Source of the DNA: Entomortierella parvispora E1425
Taxonomy: Eukaryota > Fungi > Mortierellomycota
DNA: 64,000 nucleotides
Direction: 5' to 3'
Assembly: GCA_020891255.1 (NCBI GenBank)
Contig: BQFW01000001.1
Location: forward strand, 1,426,001 to 1,490,000
Shown one piece after another: positions 56,685 to 64,000 of this stretch. Both the position numbers and the translations under genes were made by a program. The notes beneath the pieces were generated by a model. It was not told where the DNA came from, did not search any database, and saw only the letters and a list, made by a program, of their open reading frames with translations. Every line of letters begins with the position of its first letter. Position 1 is the stretch's first letter.

Positions 56685-59600
56685 TTATTTATTTTTCAAT
56701 GCTTTGTCCTGGACAGCTTTAAAAGCCGATGATAAAATATCCACAAAGTCGCTACTCAGGGGTCCCAGGGTTTGCTCGCCTTGTTCCGTGTAGAGACGCA
56801 TTGTCTCATCCTGCAGCTGCAACGATATGACATGATTGCAGCTATAAAGAAATAGATGACTCTCATAAAGACAATAGATCTCATCTTCGCTGAAAGATGG
56901 AAGCGACTTGCATAGTTGATGACATTGATACCCCAGAGACTGCGAAGCTGCGTTCCTGACAAATTCATGCTTGTCCTTGAGTGCAGCAATGAGGGACCGA
57001 ATGGCGGATTCTGACAACGCAGACTGCCTGCCTAACGCTGTTGCTACCGAGGTTCTGACATTTTCATCCTTATCCATAAGTGCACCACTGAGAGACTCGA
57101 TTGCTGAATCTGACAACGTAGACTGCTTGCCCAATGCTGTTGCTGCTGAGGACCTGACATTTTTATCCTTATCCTGGAGCGCATCAGCAACGGACCGAAT
57201 GGCTGAATCTGACAGCGCAGACTGGATACCTAATACTTCTGCAGCTAGGTACCTGACATTTGCAGCCAAGTACTTGTTATCATCCTCATACTTCAGTGCA
57301 GCAACGAGGGACTGTACGGATGATTCTGACAACTCAGGCTGCTTGCCCAATTCCGTTGCTGCTATGGACCCGCCATCATATTCGAGTGTATCAATTAAAG
57401 ACTGGATGGTTGAATCTGGAAACGCAGATTGCTTGCCCAATGCTGTTGCTGCTGAGGACCTGACATTTTTATCCTTATCCTGGAGTGCATCAACGAGGGA
57501 CTGAATCGCTAAATCGGGCATCGTAGACTGGTTACCCAATGCCGATGCCGCTGAGGATATGACATCATTATCCTCATCCTTGATTGCATCAATTAGGGAC
57601 CAAATGGCTGATTCTGACAACGTAGACTGCTTGCCTAATATTTCTGCAGCTGAGCGCCTGACATATTTATGTTCATCATTGAGTGCAGCAGCGAGGGACC
57701 GAATGACTGACTCTGACAACGTAGGCTGTTGGCTTAATAATCTTGCTGCCATGGGCCTTCCATATCCACCCCCATTCATGAATGCATCAATTAGGGACTG
57801 GATGACTGAATCTGGAAACGTAGACTGCTTGCGCAATGCTCTTACTGCTGAGGACCTGACACCATAATCATCACCCTTGAGTACATCAACGAGGGACTGA
57901 ATCGCTGAATCGGGTATCGTAGACTGGTTACCCAATACCCATGCCGCTGGGGAACTGACATTATAATTCTCATCCTTGACTGCATCAATTAGGGACCGAA
58001 TGGCTGATTCTGACAATGTAGACTGCTTGCCTAGTACTCTTGCTGCTAAGGATTTGAGATGCTTGTCCTCACTCTTGAGTGCATCAATGAGAGACAGGGT
58101 GGCTGAATCTGACAACGTAGACTGGTTACCCAATGCTGTTGCCGCTAAGGACCTAACATGTACATCCTGCTCCTTGAGTTCAGCAACGAGGGACTGGATA
58201 GCTGAAGCTGACAAAATAGATTGATTGCCTAATACCGATGCTGCTGAGGACCTGATGTCTCTATCCGCATCCTTGAGCGCATCAATAAGGAACTGGATGG
58301 CCGAGTTTGGCAACGTCAACTGGTTTCCCAAGGCTGTTGCTGCTGAGGACCTCACACCTGTATCATCATCCTTGAGTTTATCAACGAGGAACTGGATGGC
58401 TGATTCCGACAACAAAGACTGACTGCCCAATGCTGTTACTGCTGAGGACCTGACATCTCTATCCTCATCCTTGAGCGTATCAACGAGGTGCTGGATGGTT
58501 GATTCTGACGACGTAGACTGCTTGCCCAATGCAATTGTTGCAGAGTATCTGACAAATTTGTCATCGTCCTTGAGTGCAGCAATGAGAGGCAGAATTGCTG
58601 ATGCTGACAACGTAGACTGCTTGCTTAAAACCTCTGCCGCCGAGTACTTGAAGTCTTGATCCTCATTCTTGAGCGCGACGACGAGGGACCGAATGACTGA
58701 TTCTGACAATGTAGACTGCTTGCCTAATACTTTCGCAGCCAAGTACTTGACACGTAAATCCTCATCCTTGAGTGCATCAATGAGGGACTGGATGACTGAT
58801 GCTGACAACGTAGACTGATTGCTTAATGCTGAAACAACTGAGGTTTTGACATTTGTATCCTCGTTCTTGAGTGCTGCAACGAGAGACTGGTTGGCCGATT
58901 CCGAGAAAATTGACTGGTTGCCTAATGCCGATGCTGCTGAGGACCTGACACGCACATCCTTATCCTTGAGTGCCTCAATGATGGTCTGGATGGCTGAATC
59001 TGACAATGTAGAGCGCGCCCCCAAGGTACGGATAAGGCTAGGTTTCCACGAGCGTTCTGAGTTCAACGTTTCAATCAGTAGAGCCTCCGGAAACGAAGGT
59101 TGACTGCCAACCATGCTGCTGCTGAAGTGACCATGTTTGCAGATTTTCATCTCAAGGTGCAGCCACTTCATAAGTTCGGATTCCAATGCCACCGCAACTG
59201 CAGAGTCCAATCGAGTCCGGGCCTCGTTCAAGCAAGATGCCAGTATCTGTTGATGGCGGCCCCCAATCAAATCGCGTGGGGCTCCTTGCAAACGTTCAAA
59301 GAAGTCGACCAACGGCTCGCGTTCAAGTAGTCCCGCCACCATCGACCAGACAATCTCATAACGAGGATTGTATTTGTGTTGCTGGATGAACTCTATCATT
59401 TCCTCTGTGGTCATCATTCCGGCAGAGGAACCTGGCTGTTGGAGATGAAAATGACGGACAATCCATGTTGCAGCAAAATACTCCTGAAAGGTCAGATGCA
59501 AAAAATACCAGGCTTGTCGGGATCCACCGTTTGTATTGTCCAAGTCTGCATCTGCGGTATGCAAAAATGACGTTTGCTTCATGACCTCGACAAGCTTTGG

Positions 59601-62600
59601 GGGGGAACACCGTTGGTTGCCTATTGCGCTGTCGTCAAGATCTTCAAATGCACTAAGCAGGTCGTCCTCGTCAAATTCGATTTGATGCTTGTTGATCATC
59701 CCTTTGAATGCGAGGTATCCAAGATGTTGTAGCTCGGTAGCCATCAACTCGTCAATCCTCTTGGGTTTATAACGGTTGATATGTCTCTCCGACAAATACT
59801 CTTCGCCATCCTTTTTCTTGAGACGAATAGCATCCTTGCACCATAGTTTGCGCACCATCAGCTGATACAGTCCTGTCATCGTCATCGCTGTGCCATCCTT
59901 CGGAAGCGAATCCCAACTGAAACAGATCACATCAAGCTGTACAGGGATATTGACGAGCCCCTGAATCAATGGCGTCCGCTGAATAAATTCCTGGACTGTT
60001 CTCGCTGCACTGGGCTCGAGTACGTTGGTCAAAAAATCTTTGACATTCTGCTGACTGAATCCAACAGTTTCAAGCTCCAGATCAATTGTCGGCAACAGTT
60101 CGCTGTCGAGACCGGAGGGCCTTGAGGTGATGATGACATTTTCCTGTGAAAGTAAAGTCTTCAAGAATGATCTGAATGTCCTGCTTTCGTCGCTTCCTGT
60201 GTCGGTCACAATCTCATCCAGACCATCCAAGATGAAAAGGACCTTGCCCTTTTGGGCACTAATCACAAGAGCACGGGCCAATGCAGCTTGCTTTTCATCA
60301 AGGTCCTGAGTGATAAAAACCTTCTCGCGGAATAAACGCTCCAGAGTGCGACTCTTGGATCCCCTGAGTTGACGCAATGGAAGCCACAGGACGGCGTCGA
60401 ACTGGTCTTTCCACAGGTTATTCTGATGCGCATGGACAAGTCTCTTGCACAGTGTTGTTTTGCCAATGCCTGCTCGTCCTTGCACCAGAATTCGTTTAGG
60501 AATGCCCTCCTTTCCACTGCGTAGCTTGCGCTTGTCAAAAAGCTGCTCCAACGGGATTAACGATTGGGTATTGGTGTTCTGCACTTTTTCAAAACTCGGG
60601 ATCCGATGAAAGATAGCTGCTTGCTCTTTGAGGTCCTGCTTTTCCCTTTGCCGATGTTCTGGTGCTTCAACAATTGCTAGATTGACGAAGCAGGTCCCCA
60701 GATCCAGTTTATCCTTCCCAGAAATTCTGACGATGAAGAGATCTGGTGAATGATAGATTTTGAGCGCAGAGTGAATATCGTTGAGGCAAGGTGGAGGAGG
60801 GTGATTTAACATATTCTCCAGATTTGCATGTCGAAGTTTCCGATCCTGGACAGCTCTCAGCAGAGAGCCATCAAGAATAGTACGGCCAGCCTGATCCCCA
60901 TACAGCATATTGCTCCAAGGCAGCGACTGAAGGTTGGAGGTCGATTTTAGCGTCGAATTCTGCTTTCTCATCTCTTCCAGCAAGGATTGGGCAGCTATAT
61001 CATATCAGGGAGCAAAACAAAGGCGTTAGTATTGAGTGCTTTTGAACAACTTCGATTTGAACATGAGAATATAAGGTCGAGCATCAGACTGACATACCTT
61101 CCAAATTTGAGTAGCTGTGCGCTACAACGTTGGTGAGAGCGTCAAAGATGATCTGGTCAATACCTTTCTGCCGATTCCAAATATCGCCAGTCCTGTAGAG
61201 AGCTCCAAGGAAGCCAATGGCTTCTTGCCGTGACTCCAAGCCCCATTGAGCATCAGCTGCAAATCGTCCAAGTAGCTGGCAAATTCCCCACTGAAACATG
61301 AGTTGGTGTCGGCACGACGTTGTGGTGACCAGATCCCTGAAATGCCTCAGTTTTCCAGTATGAATATATGATTCTGCTGTATGAAGGGCGTAGTACCAGG
61401 CTCTCTTGAACTTAAGGCCCTCCTTCGCAGTAAATGTGGGATTTTCGCGATCCTTGATTGCCTTCAACGCGTCCTTGAATAACCTGACGCCTCCTTTGCC
61501 AGCCTCGTAAAGGTTTTCCAGACCTTCGAGCATGTCTCCTATCTCCGCCGGATCAGGCATTTGGGCGAATCCTGCTCCACCTTTCAATGCAAGCCATAGT
61601 CGTCTGAATCCTGCTTGCCAGACAGTGTCATCATCAGGTACATTCAAAAGTGCCTGTGTTGCATATGCTGCCTGAAATGTCAAATAAGGATCCTTACTTG
61701 ACTCTGATTCTCGAAGAAAATCTGTCAATGGTCCATGAAGGTGAACACGGTCGACACCTCCAACACCGGCATCTGACATGGCATCCAAAACCCGCGAAAC
61801 TGCAAGCAGCATAGGACAATATTGATGGCTTGCGGGGTGGATGGATGGCAGTCGTTTGTGCAGGCACTCAAGAATGGTCACGAGGTCATTCGAGTCGATG
61901 GACCATGGATCTGCTCCATATATCGCCTTCCCTAGCCCATCTAGTGAATATAAATGAAGCATCGCTGAATCGTTCACAGTATCGATAAAGGCCCCGAGAA
62001 TAGACCGAGAATGACGATCTTTGAGTGCAGGCGCCAATTGGAGAACCTCGTCAACCGCGGCAGCATCCTTCATCTTGTCTTTGGCAAACCTCTCAATGAT
62101 CTGAAAAGACAAATCCTCCAAGCGGGCCATCTCATGCCGGTTGTCCAGAGTGCTGCGTCGCCAGCTGATATCCTCAGGCGAAAGATCGTCCTCTTTAACT
62201 GAACGATGTAGCAGTGCAAGGCAACGGGCGAGTTGACGGGTGGTTTGTAATGGCTCGTCTGGGCCGGGGAGCAGGCAGATGTAGGGCTCTCGACCCACAT
62301 CCCTGCTAAAGAACGATAGAGATGCCGAACTAGCACTCGCCGTGGAGACAGAGGTGATCGCTGGAATGGGAGGGAAAGACACTTGTGGAGTAGTGGGTGT
62401 AATGTTGGCAGTAGTATTAGCAGTAGTTGAGGCGGGAGAAGTCTGCAATATCACTGCGGTGCTTGACGACTCTATAATGTTGCCAGCAGCTGAGACGGGA
62501 GAAGTATCCGATGTCATGGCGCTTGACGACGCTAAAGAGTTCCAATGAGTAACTCCTGCCTGGGCGATTGGCGGAGAGAATTCTAGCCCCAACAACGACG

Positions 62601-63015
62601 GAGCTATGGTGGCTGCATGAATGGTTGCATGGATGGATTCATGGAAGGCTGCATAGGTTCTCCTTCTTCCTTCATGTTCCCCCCTATCGGTTGAAGATTT
62701 TCGTCAGTATGATGGACACCGGCTGCCCAATCCTGAAAATGAGGGAACATACCTCAAATCATCTGCTCTCTCTCTACACTTGTCGGCCCTTGTCTTCTGC
62801 CCTTCTGAGCGATCGAAAACCAGTGCGAGGTCCTGGAACGCAATCATCATCTCTTGCAGAACTTCAGGATCCGCTTTCTTAACGTCGATTTTGTTGAGGG
62901 CACTCTTCGCAGTCCGATAGTAATGGACGGTTGCGTTTTCAGAGCCTAGAGCTTCCTGGGCTGCATTGATGCTAACTCTAGCCTGCTCCAGTGCAGCAGT
63001 TGCAGAAAAAGGCAT
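56685..63015 (-). CDS. NLR-like STAND protein: helical N-terminus - ARM-like - NACHT - HEAT repeats (~2052 aa; exons 63015-62753, 62683-61098, 60994-56685)
   Basis: Phase-consistent GT-AG joins; Walker A VQGRAGIGKTT (~60470); Walker B FILDGLDE; ITSRP; FLHLTFQEYFAA; about 21 HEAT repeats of 33 aa. Confidence 0.92.
56960..58990 (-). repeat. Coding HEAT-repeat array, 99-bp period
   Basis: Unit ALKDxDxxVRSSAAxALGxQSTLSESAIQSLxx; DNA anchors are spaced at multiples of 99 bp. Confidence 0.95.
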
Positions 63016-63670
63016 TCTGGACCTATCATAAAGTAGACATGTTCTAGCTTTCTACAGTCTCTGCGATACATGGTTGCAGTAACGGTATCTTGGAAGCCGG
63101 TACTTACACTTGTGATCGACACGCAGGCGATGGGAAAACAGTACGTTTGAAAATGACCAGCACGAATAGTACGCCGAGTCAGAAAGGGGGTATGCGATGT
63201 AAAAGAGCAGTGAAGGTGGAGGATGTGGGAAGAAACAAAGAAAGAAAGAGAGCATTGTGACCAGATCGAATCCATGTCCAGCGCTTTGTGCGTTGGCAAA
63301 GCAAACAAAAGACGAGGCGAAGCAGAGGGTGAGCGCTGGAGTGACGCATGCGACACGACACAGCACAACTTGAACAAGTCAGTGCTTGCATCGCACAGTA
63401 GGGCAGCACTGAAGAGGCGAGGGCATTGTGGACTATGACGAGCCATTCTTCTGCACAGTGGTTGTACAAACAATGCACCCATGGAGGACGAATGCATGAA
63501 GCGGACTGTGTCCGTTGGTGGCGTCAGAACAGAGAGAGAGAAAGACAAATCCCTCACGTGCCACCCTACATGAGTGCGAATGATGTCCTTCCATTGTCGG
63601 GCTACATTCCTTCTTCAATCCACTCTACATTTCACCCTCTCTTCTCAAGACACATCCCCTCCCCTCCCAA

Positions 63671-64000
63671 ATGACTACCGAACACCACCTTGTTGTCATC
63701 ACCGGAGCCAACCGCGGCTTTGGGGCCAGCGCCGCCCATTCCTACGTTGCTCACAGCGGAGCTCAGAAGGTCTCGTTCGTACTCGTGGGAAGAAATCAGG
63801 AAGGGCTCCAGTCTGTCCTGGACTCGCTTCACAGCAGCAAACACCAGGTCCAAGTCAAGGGCACCGTCGTTGCCGACGTGGATCTTGCACAGGTCGACCA
63901 GCTGGATGAGAACCTGTTGCGTATTGAAGAGGCCATCTCTGCGATCAGGGCTGATTCCTTGCAGTCCCAGGTAGAGAACGAGGATGACCAACGCTCGACT
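63671..64000 (+). CDS. Short-chain dehydrogenase/reductase, sepiapterin-reductase-like (5' part; runs off the window)
   Basis: MTTEHHLVVITGANRGFGASAA (TGxxxGxG Rossmann motif), LVGRN, ADVDL. Confidence 0.75.
   Translation, partial: MTTEHHLVVITGANRGFGASAAHSYVAHSGAQKVSFVLVGRNQEGLQSVLDSLHSSKHQVQVKGTVVADVDLAQVDQLDENLLRIEEAISAIRADSLQSQVENEDDQRST

Noticed and set aside
151-64000. Most of the listed 60-250 aa ORFs (antisense or shifted frames over real genes; poly-F/K ORFs from homopolymers; ORFs in SSR tracts such as 36021-38913)
   Set aside because: They are explained by codon bias on the opposite strand, repeat periodicity or low complexity, and carry no recognisable domains.
1-64000. tRNA or rRNA genes
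   Set aside because: No cloverleaf with T-loop/B-box consensus and no rRNA-like conserved segment was recognised by eye; tRNAscan-SE or barrnap would be decisive.

Overview
Eukaryotic, intron-containing fungal DNA. The gene content and the style of the NACHT-WD40/NACHT-HEAT and Crinkler genes point to Mortierellaceae (Mucoromycota); this is inference, no search was run. Ordinary genes: PLD1/SPO14, ERG6, CsbD/Hmp1-like, a 3R-Myb plus C2H2 transcription factor, MRM1, PRP38 and the start of an SDR. Between them lie fast-evolving blocks. (1) A tandem pair of ICL/PEP-mutase-fold genes, a secreted S41 peptidase and a tandem pair of secreted aspartic proteases. (2) Two giant NLR-like STAND genes that share the same N-terminal ARM-like domain but carry different hypervariable sensor arrays (42-aa WD40 vs 33-aa HEAT), with an unannotated permuted papain-fold (His/Cys) peptidase directly upstream of the WD40 one. 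(3) Two Crinkler (Ubl header-NTPase-REase) genes in a rearranged block: each has a fragment of the neighbouring Myb gene just upstream, CRN1 lies within a ~440-bp inverted duplication that includes its own 3' end and is frameshifted by a 23-bp tandem duplication, and the two CRNs share a conserved intron at the header/toxin junction. No tRNA, rRNA, CRISPR array or intact transposase was recognised. All exon models were read by eye and need RNA-seq confirmation.
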